Assembly: GCF_004010195.1 (NCBI RefSeq)
Contig: NC_057755.1
Span: 8,683,685-8,747,684 of the forward strand
DNA length: 64,000 nt
From: Chiloscyllium plagiosum
Lineage: Eukaryota
Reading direction: 5' to 3'
Positions within the stretch are counted from its first letter, which is position 1, and each line of letters begins with the position of its first letter. Below the pieces are notes generated by a model. The model was not told the origin of the DNA. It saw only the letters and a program-made list of their open reading frames with translations, and did not search any database. A program made the translations under genes and the position numbers. Below, piece after piece: positions 47,771-60,048 of this stretch.

Positions 47771-49548
47771 TAGAAGCCAGAGAGATAGGAGGATCAGCCT
47801 GGATCTGCTTCTGTGGGTCCAGTTCTTACAACATGACTGCTAAAAAAGCAAATCAAACCACAGAAGAGCTGAGCTGCGAGAACTGGACACCCCATTCATT
47901 GTACAAGTGTTTTGTTTGAACTTAATAGCCTTTGTCTGAGGCAATATCTATTAGCTATAATCAAATTCGCTCTAAGACCCTTGAACTCCAGACTTTTTGG
48001 AGCCTGGGTATTTTAAGAGCGCTCTGAAAAAGAAAAGCCAAGGGCACCAATACCTTTTTAAAGGAGCAGCATAGTCACACCTCCCCCCCGCCCCCCCCCC
48101 CCCCCCCCAACCCACCTTAAAAATGAACCATCAATATTCAAATATGACTTCATTTTAAAATCCTACGTTGTCAGTACTCCGTACCACACATACCAATAAA
48201 TTGATTATAATCATGCAAACATGCACTACTATATTTTATTCCAGTATGTTATACACCTGCCACCGAAACGCCTCTGTTTCTCATTCGATTCTCGACAATA
48301 CACAGGCAATCACTTTTTTCCTTCCTGCCACATGCACAATTTTCAAACTGAATAACTGCAATAACAAGCTCGGTCAAAATACACTGGCATTTTTCTCCTT
48401 AAATTTCTCCACAATCTGCAATGGGCTATGGTCAATGCACATTATTATCTGAGGTATGCTACTGGTAATATAAACATTGAAACCTTATAACGCCAATACC
48501 AAGCTCAAAGTCTCGTTCTCAGCTGTTGAATATTCCTGTTGATGAATTTCAATTTCCTGCAGAAATACCCGATAGGTCTTTCTATCTTTTCATTGTCTTC
48601 CTGTAAGAGCACGGCACAAACACCAACATCATTTGCATTGATAGCCACCTCGAATGGCTTTACATCATAAGATGCGGTTAATACTGGGGCAGTGGTTAAC
48701 ACAGCTCTCAGACTGTCAAATATCTGACTGTCCGCTGTCTACTGAAATTCCTGGCTTTTCTTTCACAATTCAGTGACGAGAGCAGCCACACTGCTAACAT
48801 TTGGTATAAGTTTTCAATAAAATCTATTCAATTCCAGGAACTGTAATACTGCTTTTTTTGTCGCTGATATAGGAAATTCACCAATTTCGTATGTTTTTGC
48901 ATTCTGTGGAGTCATTTTCCCAAGTCCAGAAACATGGCCTTGGAAGGTCGCTTGAACTTTGGCAAATTCACTTTTAGGAGAGCCAGGTTTATCACCAAGC
49001 CTGCTGTATGAAATCAATCGAACAATACTGATAATGTTACAAGTCCTCCTTCAATGTCTGACTAAAACTTAACAGGTCATCTATGTTTATGACACAGTTG
49101 GTTAGTTTTGTCAGTGACCTAATTTGTTAGTCTCTGAAAGATGTCTGGCACATGTTTCATATCAAATGGTATGACTTAAAACTGGTACAGTCTATTCAGT
49201 GTGACGAAAGCCGAAATTGTCTTTGCATTTCTGACAATTGTTTTGTACCTGCCAATATCCTCTGAGCAAGTCTAACTTAAACTTATCCATCATTTCAACA
49301 TAATCTTCAAAAGGTGGAATCGGATATGCATCAGTCTTTGTAAATGCATTGATTTTGCAGGAACCTACACATGTCTGTTGGGTACCATCTTATTTTGGCA
49401 CCATTTCTATGGGTGAACTCCTGTCGCTTTTAATTGACACTGATTATGTCATCTTTTAGTATAAGTTCAATCTCCTTTACAACCTTTGCCAAAGTTCGAA
49501 GTATATTCTGATATGAATGATGCTTATGCAGAACAGCATGCATAATTA

Positions 49549-50951
49549 GGAGAAAGTGGGGACTGCAGATGCTGGGGATCAGAGCTTAAAAATGTGTGGC
49601 TGGAAAAGCGCAGCAGGTCAGGCAGCATCAAAGGAAAAGGATAATCAACGTTTCGGGCATAAACCCTTCTTCAGGAATGAGGAGGGTGTGTCAAGCAGGC
49701 TAAGATAAAAGGTAGGGAGGAGGGATTTGGGGGAGGGACGTTGGGAATGCGATAGGTGGAAGGAGGTTAAGGTGAGGCTGATAGGCCGGAGAGGTGGTGG
49801 GGAGGAGAAGTCGGGAAGAAGATTGCAGGTCAAGAAGGCGGTGCTGAGTCTGAGGGCTGGGACGGAGAAAAGGTGGGGGGAGGGGAAATGAGGAAGCTCG
49901 AGAAATCCGCATTCATCCCCTGTGGCAGGAGGGTTCCTAGACAGAAGATGAGTCGCTCATCCTCCAAGAGTCGTATTGCTATGGTCTGGCGATGGAGGAG
50001 GCCAAGGACCTGCAAGTCCTTGGCAGAGTGGAAGGGGGAGTTAAAGTGTGCCGGGAGTGGAGGTTGGGTTGGTGGGGTGTGTGGATCTGATAAGGGAATC
50101 ACGGAGGGAGTGGTCTTTCTGGAATGCTGATAGGGGTGGGGAGGGAAATATATCCTTGGTGGTGGGGTCCGTTTGGAGATGGATATATTGTCAGATCCAC
50201 ACACCCCACCAACCCAACCTCGACTCCCAGCACCTTCCCCTGCAACCGCAAAAAATGCAAAACGTGCGCCCACACCTCCCCCCCCCCTCACTTCCGTCCA
50301 AGGCCCCAAGGGATCCTTCAATATCCATCAGACATTCACCTGCGCCTCCACACATCATTTACTACATCTGCTGCACCCGATGTGGCCTCCTATACATTGG
50401 GGAGACAGGCCGCCTACTTGTGGAACATTTCAGAGAACACTTCTGGGACACCCGCACCAACCAACCCAACCGGCCCATGGCTGAACACTTTAACTACCCC
50501 TCCCACTCCGCCAAGGACATGCAGGTCCTTGGCCTCCTCCATCGCCAGACTATGGCAACACGACGACTGGAGGAAGAGTGACTCATCTTCTGCCTAGGAA
50601 CCCTCCAGCCACAGAGGATGAATGCGGATTTCTCCAGCTTCCTCCTTTCCACTCCCCCCACCTTATCTCAGTACCAGCCCTCAGAGTCAGCACGACTTTC
50701 TTGACCTGGAATCTTTTCCCGATCTCTCCGCCCCACCCCCTCTCAGGCCTATCACCCTCACCTTAGCCTCCTTCCACCTGTCGCATTCCCAACGCCCCTC
50801 GCCCAAGTCCCTCCTCCCTACCTTTTTTCTTAGCCTGCTTGGCACACCCTCCTCATTCCTGAAGAAGGGCTTATGCCCAAAACGTCGATTCTCTTGCTCG
50901 TTTGATGCTGCCTGACCTGCTGAGCTTTTCCAGCAACACATTTTTAAGCAT
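49549..50951. mobile_element. Penelope-like element with large inverted arrangement (minus arm ~49549-50185, plus arm ~50186-50948)
   Basis: GIY-YIG peptide YYICCTRCGLLYIGETGR; inverted pLTRs; 12-bp TSD CATGCATAATTA at 49537-49548 and 50952-50963. Confidence 0.9.
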
Positions 50952-52666
50952 CATGCATAATTATCTTAGTACTTTCCAGTTTATATACACATTTCTTCCC
51001 ATGCGATAGTAATAACTCTTTCAGTTCATGCCAATTTTCCTCTGGAAGGTGACTCAATAATTTATCCGAAGTTTTGGCAAATTCCTCAATGTCCAATTTA
51101 ATTTAAGGAATGTCTAATTCAGAATCCCCTGACGTTGGTTGTTCGCTCTGTGTTGAAGCCAATAGTAAATTGTCCTCTTTATTTCCTTCACTGTGAAATA
51201 AAACCTTTTGAGCCTATTCACATGGCACACTCTGTGAGATTTCTTTTATTCTGGAACTATTGGCAAATAGTTCGCCTCACTCAATTTCGTTTCGACTTGA
51301 TAAGGTCCGCTCAACCTTGCTTAAAAAGGTTCAACTACTACTGGAAGTAGCATTAATACCTTATCCCAGACATCAAAATTTCAAGTTTTTGATTTCTTGT
51401 CTGCTTCCTGTTCCATTTTATGCTGTGAAACATTTAAATGCTGTATAGTCAACTCCTCTGCTCTAATTAATCGTTACTGAAAATTTGCCACATGATCCAA
51501 AAATGTTCTTTCTGCATTCTGACAAACTACTTTCTACTTCATTAATTTTAGTCGTCTTCTGACTTCATGTCCAAACACTAATTCAAATGGACTGAATTTG
51601 GTCTATTTATTTGGTACATTTCTGATTACAAAAAGCACAGATATTTCCTTCTCCCAATCATCTGGATAGTCTTGACTATTATCCTTTAGCATTGTCTTTA
51701 ATGTCAGATGCCACCTTTCTCGAATTCCCGGCGATTCTGGATGGTATACAGTAGATTTGAATTTTTTGATTCAAAGCTGTCCATAATATCCTTGAATAAT
51801 TTCAATGTGAAGTTTGATCCTTTATCTGTTTGTATCGCTGCGGGTAGTCTAAATCTAGTGAAAATTTGAGTAATTCCTCTGCAGACCTTTAAGCTGTGAT
51901 ATTGCATAATGGGATGGGCTCTGGAATTCTAGTAGTACATACTTCATGGCTAACAAAAACCAATTCCCACTTTTTGTTAGGGAGGGCTCCAACGCACTTT
52001 GTAAAAGGTTCCATAAATGCAGGAAGAGGTATTAAAGGTGCGGGTTTTATTACTTTCCATTCGTTTCCTGTTACCTGACATGTATGATATGTCTGGCAAA
52101 ATTCAACTATATCCTTGTGCAGTGCAGGCCAGTAAAGATGTTTTTGCATTTTCGGTTGTGTTTTTCTTACTCTGAAATGTCCCCTAATGGTAGAACATGT
52201 GCCACACAAAACACCTCCTTTCGATCACCCACTGGCAATACGATTTGCTAAACTTCTGTCTATGTCTCATATGTCTGATCATGTGTTCCTCTCCACTTCC
52301 TCGTTATGACAACATTTAGGGATACATTTGAATACTTTTCGTGTATGACATTTGATAGATTTAATGTAAAGTTTCATCGTCCTGCTGTAATTCAGTTTAT
52401 TTACCTGAGCTAAAGATGTCTATTTTGTCAACCTACCTGCTCCTCGTTTGTGTGAACTATTTGATCAATCAGGGTCTCTGCTAATTCCACTTCAACTTTC
52501 TTATCTGTGCTCCTTGTACTCTCTTGCTTCATGTGGTGACTTTGTGACCTCGTTACCACAGAGTCAGGAATAATCTCAGGATATGTGTCCTGCAATATTT
52601 CAGTTGCCTGAGTGTCCATTGGCTTTTCAAACACAATAGGTAGTTTTACTACATGTAAATAAACTG

Positions 52667-53337
52667 CAGAGGAACCTCGATTATCCAAACGAGATGGGCA
52701 GACGCTATTTCCTTCAGACAATTGATTGTTTGGTTAATCTAATCAATGCCTTGCCTGTGCGGCTCTGATTTCAGAAGTTTCCTTTATCCTCGCTCTGCCT
52801 GCCTTGCACCTTCTCTCAGTCTCAGGATGTGTTTCTGAGCAGGCACACATTTGTGTGTAAGGAACCTTCAGCATTTCTGAAGCCTCCTGCATACCCTCCC
52901 CGCTCCCCCACCCCATCAGTTCAATGGGTTTGACAAAGTGAGCATTTGCTCAGTCTGCTCCCTGTTCAGGAGACCAGCCACATCGCACATGAGAGCCTGC
53001 CATCTCATCCAGCTCCACAACCACGTTCATGTTGGAGATATTATCTGGGTAAGGGGGTTTTAGAGTACACCCCTGTGAACATCAGAGAAAGTGTGGAGAG
53101 AGAGAGAGAGGACGGGCGGTCAGTCATTTGGAGATGGTGTCTGGGCTCCCATCGATGACCAGGACTGTTTTAAGCAGGATTTCAGTAAGCTGAGTTCACT
53201 TTTAATCACTGTAAACAAAAGATGCTGTCAGGGTTAGAAACACCACTTTGATATAATGGTTCTATCTGGACCTTGAGATCTTCTTCAGATAATCTGAAAT
53301 TCGGATAATTGATATTCAGATAATAAATGTTCCTCTG
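52667..53337. mobile_element. Tigger/pogo-like non-autonomous DNA transposon (MITE)
   Basis: TIRs CAGAGGAACCTCGATTATCC / GATAATAAATGTTCCTCTG followed by TA; subterminal TTCGGATAAT repeats. Confidence 0.72.
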
Positions 53338-54019
53338 TATATTGTTAGCAAGGTAAAATTCAATCCTGGAGCTAAGAGTTTGTCACATACTCTTACCATG
53401 GCTCCTCCACTCTTCACTGGTCACTATGACTTCACTTTACATAATTGAGTGCTTCTTGCTTCACTGTGAATTCGCATTACTAGCACCTTTTCTGGCAATC
53501 ATCCTTTAGGTATCTCTTCATCTTTCAACATCAAAGATTGAGAGGATCCTATATCTTTTAACCTTGTATCCTCTTTGCCCGTTGCTCCCGTCCTACGCGA
53601 GTAAACTTTACCATTGCAGGAATACGTATTAGAAGATCTAGCACTACCTCCTGAGCCAACCGCCTCCAGCTTATACGTTCCCGTGCTGCTTTCTATCTTC
53701 CACTGTGCTTTCCGTTATCACTCCAACAAAAATTCATACATCTGGCTGGCCAGTGCTTTTCTTCAACCAAAAACACAGTGATTTCACAGTGATTTACTCC
53801 AAACCGGAGTAAATTTGAGCTGGAAGAACTGGCCACTCCTCGTTCATTGTTCAAGTCTTATTTTTAAAACTTAGAAGGTCTTCAAATATATCAAGCCAGG
53901 TATTTCAGAATCTACATTTCGTAAAACACTTTGCAAAAAAACCAAGGACAACATAACCTTGTTGAAAAGGGCAGATCATCACACAATGGCCCCATACTAA
54001 TTCCTGGCAAGTACTGTTC

Positions 54020-57000
54020 TTTTTGTTTGAAATATTTTTATTAGAGATCTTTATAAATCTATTACAAAATATCTACATACAAAAAGAAAAATAATACCAA
54101 AAGAACAGAAAAAAGAAAGGCAGTACAACAAAGCAATATCGTGATACTATTAGTAATAATGACCTTCTATTTTCCAGAACAAACGTATCTATAACTTAAA
54201 CTAAAAATATAACTTAAACTACAGGCAAATTTAATAAAATAAAACTGAATTCAAATCAACTTAAATTATATCACACTACTTTATTCTAGTTCATTCATCA
54301 CACCTCCACTGAGCCTCACATCTCTGGGAGCACCAATCATTGTATTCTGTATTCTTTTTCCAGTCTCTCTCTCCCAGGGCCCGCGGGCACCAAGCCCGAT
54401 TCTAACGCCTAACCACTGCCCTAATTAATATTGCTGATAAATCTGCGTCAATATAACTTCGAAAGGGCCGCCAAGTCTTTGAAAACTGCTCGGTTTTATG
54501 GTGCACCATATTTGTGAGGTAGTCTTGCAGGAGATGCTCCATCACCAGCCTACGCCACTCCATAAGACCTGGTGCTTTATTCTGATGTCCAATTCTTTAA
54601 AATGTTCTTCCTCGCACAGTGGAGAAGAATGTTACGCAATCTCTTCACATGTTCCCCAAGAGAGGGCAAATTTGGCAACCTCGCAAGAAGAAATACTGGA
54701 CCAATTAATTTCAATCCCCAGGATAACTTTTATCTCCCTTATTGTAGCACTCCACTCTGGATCTTACAACATGACCAATAGCAGTGTGTAAGAGTGCCTA
54801 CAATATTTTAACATTTGAAAACCCTGGTGATGCTCCTGTCTTGAACTTAGCTACCCTCTCTGTGACATAGGAACCCTGTATAAGATTTCCAATTGCATGG
54901 CCTGCACTCTGCTACATATTTAAATTTTCCTTACATTTCCCCATATGCCTTCCCATACCTCCAATGAGATATCCTCTCATAGCTCTCGATTCCAGGTCCG
55001 ACAGAGTCCTTTCGCCTCCCCTAAGGTACGTCCTTTCTGTAAATGATACAAAATACTGACGGAACGAGCGCCCTTTCACTGGAGCAGAATTTTCTCCATA
55101 TCTGACTTGTAAAACTGAGCCAGAACTGTGATCTTCCTCTGCATATAATCCCTTATCTGAATGAACCAGAAAAGGTCTCTATTAGACAATCCATATTTCT
55201 GACTTAACTGGCTAAATGACATTTCGAATAAATCTCCCAGACAAGAGATCCCCTTATTCTCCCATAATGTAAAGTCGGAGTCCATTGCCTCAGGCTTAAA
55301 TCCTTGGGCTCCCACCAACGGGGAAACGGCGAGGTCTTAAAACCAATTACCCGCATCTTGCCTCATTATCCTTCAGCCTTTCACCGTATTTAAAACGATT
55401 GGATTCTTACATTGTTCAGTCACGGATTTCATCTTATCCATAAATAATAGACTAAGTAGGTACATCTCGACTGCGGTGCTTCAATGTCAAGCCAAATCCG
55501 AATTCTCCAGTACCCAATCACTAACATATGCTAACAGGGCGCTTATTTGATATCTATTCAAATCCAAAAGATCCACCCCTCCCTCACCCTGCAAAAGTTG
55601 CTATTTGGTAAACCTACTTAGAGGGCGCCTGTGACACCAAAGGACCCTAGCCAATCGTTTATCTTCCAAGACACTCGTCTGGGTAGCAAATACGAGCATT
55701 CTCATGGGGTACAACAGATGAAAAAGAACATTCATTTTAATCAAGGCTATTCTGCCTAACAAATGATAATGGCAAAGCTTCCCACCACTGTAAATCCTGT
55801 TTTATCCTTTCCAGTAGTTACACAGAGTTAGATTTATACAGCTGGTGAAAGGCAAGGGTAATAAAAATGTATTAATATAAAAAGAACATTTTGGCGACCA
55901 TGTAAACGGGAACTGCATTCCATCCTTCCGATCACCTACCCTAATCCCACATTGACATGGCCTCCAATTTTGTAAAGTTGATCCTGTAGCCCGAAATAAA
56001 GCCAAATACATTAATTGTTTGAATCAATCGAGTAACGGACTCCTCTGGACTGGCCAAGAATAAAAGGACGTCATCAGCATAAGCGATGACCTTGTGCTTC
56101 CACATTCCCCACCCGTGTCGTTACAATTTCAGGATCCCTCCTGATAGCCTCAGCTAACGGCTTAATTACCAAGATAAATAATAGTGGTGAAAGAGGACAC
56201 CCCTGTCGATTTCCATTCCCAATATTAAAGCTTTTTGACTTGGTGCCGTTTGTGTTGGATGCCACCTAAGGATCATAATTCAATACTGCCACCCATCTGG
56301 CACAGGATCTCCAAGACAAAGTTGTTCTGGGACTCCAAACAGCTACGGACATAATACCCGGCCAAATGATTTTTCTGCGTCTAGAGAGATCCCCAAACAA
56401 GGGATCAATCTTTTCTGGCATAACTGAACTATGTTCAGTAACCTTCTGATATTGTTAGAGGGGTTATGGCCCTGAACAAAACTCATCTGATGTTCTATTA
56501 TAATATGGGGCAACACCTTTTCCAACCTCGGGGCCAGTATCTTGGATAGAATGTTAAAATCTACCTTCTGGAGTGAAATTGCTCTATATGAAGCATATTC
56601 TTCGTGGTCTTTCCCCTTCTTTAAAATGAGGAAGATGTTAACCTCCCTAAGAAAGGCCAGCAGACAATCCTGTGCATATGAATAGTAATACATGTCCAGT
56701 GGTGGCTCCACCAACACACTTATGAATTCCTTGCAGAATTCACTTGGGAATCCATCTGGTCCCAGTGCTTTGTCACCCTGCGGATGCTTAATTGCTTTCT
56801 GCACATCCTGTACCGTCATAGGTGAATTCAACAGGGAAGCCTGCTCCGGTTTTATACTGGGGAGTCCAGGTTCTCAAAAAAGGATTGCATTTTCGCTGCA
56901 TCATGTTTGCCTCCCTCTGACCGATGTAGCTCTGTGAAGTATTCCCTAAATCTAACATTCACCTTCTTCAACTCACGGGAAACCGTGACAGCCTTCTCTC

Positions 57001-58030
57001 TAACAGACATAATAGATTGGGAAGCTTTTTTCCTCCTATCCAGATGTGCCAGATATCTACCTGGCTTATCACCAAATTCAAACAGTCTTTGCTTAGCAAA
57101 GGAGACCACTTTTTTGCCACGCGTGTGCAATGAGTCAAGAGCCGTCCAGAGGGCCGTGACGCCATTCACCTTCACCAAAGAAGGCCTTTTATAATATGCT
57201 TCCTCAGCTTTCTACAGCCATGGCATTCAGCATTCATTATTGCTCCACCCTCTGCCTCCTTCTAATTGCTGAATACGAAATGATCAGGCCTCGTAAATAT
57301 GCTTTTGTGGCTTCCCAAATTATTGCCAGAGTACTGGCCATACCCGAGTTGATATCTCAAAGGGCCTTGAACACTGTTCTGATGCACTCAACAAATTTGT
57401 TATCCTTTAACAGGAATGGGTCCATGCGCCAGTGCTGTGCATCCATTCCACCACCCTTGCATTTAACATCTAAGTACACTGGCACATGGTCTGAGACAAC
57501 TGTATTCAAAACTTTGTACGCCAATGTTCTGTCCAAACAGTCTGATGGCATTTAAAAGAAGTCATTTCGCGTATGGCACTTGTGTCGGTTGGAGTAGAAA
57601 GTGAAGTATCTTCCATTAAGTCGAGATGCCCCCACACATCCACTAGTTCCAACTCCTCATACATGCCCAAAAGCTGCTTGGATTGCATGGGCGTACCTGC
57701 CAGCCCTTCTGGCATTCTGTCAACCTCGTGATCTATTAGACAACTGAAATCCCCTTTTATGATTGTGCGGCGCACCCCAAGATATATTAATTTAGCAAAT
57801 GCATCAGTTAGAAATTTAGGTGGGTGCACCGGGGGTCACATTCAAGACTCCGTGCTCTTTTCCATGTAATCGAGATTGAAGAATGATGAACCATCTATAT
57901 TCGTCCTTAATTTGATCAGCTACCTGAAAGGGGATGGGCGGGGGGCGTTCCTCCTTTCCAATATAGCCACTGCTCTACTCTTAGAGCTGAAAGAGGAGAA
58001 GAATACCCTGCCATAAAGCTCTGCTGTAGT
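54020..58030 (-). mobile_element. L1-clade LINE ORF2 and 3' UTR, degenerate
   Basis: IIKGDFSC, VSDHVPV (endonuclease); FEFGDKPGRYLA, KALGPDGFPSEF, SLDAEKSFGRV, GNRQGCPLSPLLF (RT); T-rich tail near 54020. Confidence 0.88.
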
Positions 58031-59637
58031 TTCAGATAATCACAGGACGGAAATTCACAGCAGTAGAAATCTGGAGAGTATCACTGGACAAGGTACGAAC
58101 TCTGGACACTTCCAGAGACACAGCCTTTTTTTTTGTTTGGAATTTTGACTTAATTCCAACGTTAATTTGGAAATAGCCACGATCTGTTGTGAGGCTTAAG
58201 GTGTCTGGTTTTGGTTGCTACTTGCCAGAAAGTTTAAAGTTCTCTACAAGATTTCTTAAAGAGTAGATGGATGAGAGGTATCTTGTGGTAATTTACCACA
58301 GTTGTCACCGTAACTATTCATAATTCATTTACCTAATCAACTCGCCAGAAATGGTGCATTACATTTACACGCCATTGACCAAACAAAGAGTTCTGAGGAA
58401 GGGTCAAAGGACCCCATACGTTAACTCTGAGATACCTCCACAGATGCTGCTTGTCCTGCTAAGCTTCCAGAAAGGAAAATCTGGAAAAAAGAAAAACGTT
58501 TTGAATACACATGCTTTTCAAACTTGTATTTCTTTATTAGAAGTTCCTCACCAATATTTGTTTCCATTCTACACTTGTCACATCCCTCATGTTTTACTGA
58601 AGTTAGCATTCACCCATTTTACAATCTCGTCTTGAGATTATCCCTGCTTTTCTCCATCACTTAGAAACAAAGGAGATGGAAGAGGAGTTGGTCATTCGGC
58701 CCGTCGACAGTGCTCCACTATTTAATATGATTATAGCTGATCGTTCAAATCCCCACCCTGTTTCTACTCTCTCCCCATACAGGGGGTCTCCGGTTTACAA
58801 GAGTGCGTACTTATGAACATGATCTCATTGATTGGCATGCCAAGCTTAGACTGAGGTTAGAAAGTTGTGAGCCTTTTCCATAGAGAGTAGTTGGGGCAGT
58901 TTCCTTGTCTATACTGAAGATGAAGACAAGTAGATTCTTGATCAGTCAGGGAAGCAAGTGTTACGTGGAAAGGGTAGGAAAGCAGATATGTGGAATACAC
59001 GATCATCCATATGCCATTCGATAGCAAAGTCGGCGTAAGGGACTGAATTGACTTCTCTCGTTCCATATTTTTTACAGTCGTATGGTCTAATCTCATTTTC
59101 CTGCAATTGACCCATAGCCATTTGGCATTACAAGTGTGAATCTATCACCCTTACAGGAAGTGAGTTCCAGATTCCCACCATGTTCTAAATGAAAACGTTG
59201 CCCAAACCTCCCTTCTTAATCTTCTGACCCTTACTTTAAATGGATGTTTCCTGATCATTGCGCCTTCTTCTAAAGGGAATTATTTCTTCCTTTCGACTAT
59301 GTCTGTGCCTCTCATAATTAAATCCTCAGATTTCACCTTCCAAATACATTGCCACTTCCATCTGGAAGGACCAGGGCTGCAGGTAAATATCACCTCCTAA
59401 AGCACTTGGACAGCAAAGGTTGAGAAGGCAGTTCACCACACTTTCTTAAGGGCAATTTTGGTTGTGTAATAAATGCTGGTCAGTGATGCTTACTCCCCAC
59501 AAGTAAATAAAAAACGGCTCACTCAAGTATATAGAAGACAAATCTGCATATCAAATGCAGATGCATGGTCACAGAGACAGTGTGTATATTCAACATGAAG
59601 TAAAGACATGCATCAAATTACCCAACGAAATTTTGTT

Positions 59638-60048
59638 TCACTTCTGCTTAAGTTTAAGCAATGTTAGAATTAACATTCACGGAGAGATCACTAATTTCTT
59701 CAAGTCTTCCCGCAATTTTCTCTGAGTAGCTGCACGTACTTAGAGAGGAACTCAAATGCTTCAGCATTGCACCGATTTCAGTGGCAATATATCCAGTAGT
59801 TTCGTAGTCACCTCTGCAGTTATTGGTGTTGGTCATTCTGGTCATTAGGAGGCTCACAGCTGTAACCATCTGGAGCAATAAAAATCTGCTTGATATAGTG
59901 AGGACCAAAATGATGGACTTCCTTCAGTTCTCCATCTCACGGTAGCTTTGCATCTGACTGTGGTGACATCGCAGAGCCCTGTGAACTCTGCTGTCCACTA
60001 AAATTCTAGTGATTATCAACGAATTCAATAAAATGATTAAGGCAAACA
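59638..60048 (-). pseudogene. Divergent GPR139-like GPCR pseudogene 4, TM5 to C-terminus
   Basis: FALIILLNSLIITRILVDSRVHRALR..EMEN*RKSIILVLTIS..GAMLKHLSSSLSTC / AATQRKLREDLK; in-frame stop and frameshift. Confidence 0.82.

Larger units (their letters stand above)
46390..53983 (-). mobile_element. Gmr1-type Gypsy LTR retrotransposon (PR-INT-RT-RH), degenerate
   Basis: Minus-strand order: integrase (YWPALHKDIVEFCQTYHTCQ, IQTDKGSNFT; 52200-51600), RT (~49500-49000), RNase H (48700-48400); PPT (C run 48080-48108) next to the 3' LTR 46390-48079; 5' LTR remnant ~53790-53983. Confidence 0.8.

Noticed and set aside
48080..48110. Poly-C run as a possible G-quadruplex or regulatory element
   Set aside because: Its position next to the LTR identifies it as an expanded polypurine tract of the minus-strand Gypsy.
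58777..58820. Tigger-like left terminus TACAGGGGGTCTCCGGTTTAC
   Set aside because: No matching right TIR found; too short to call.
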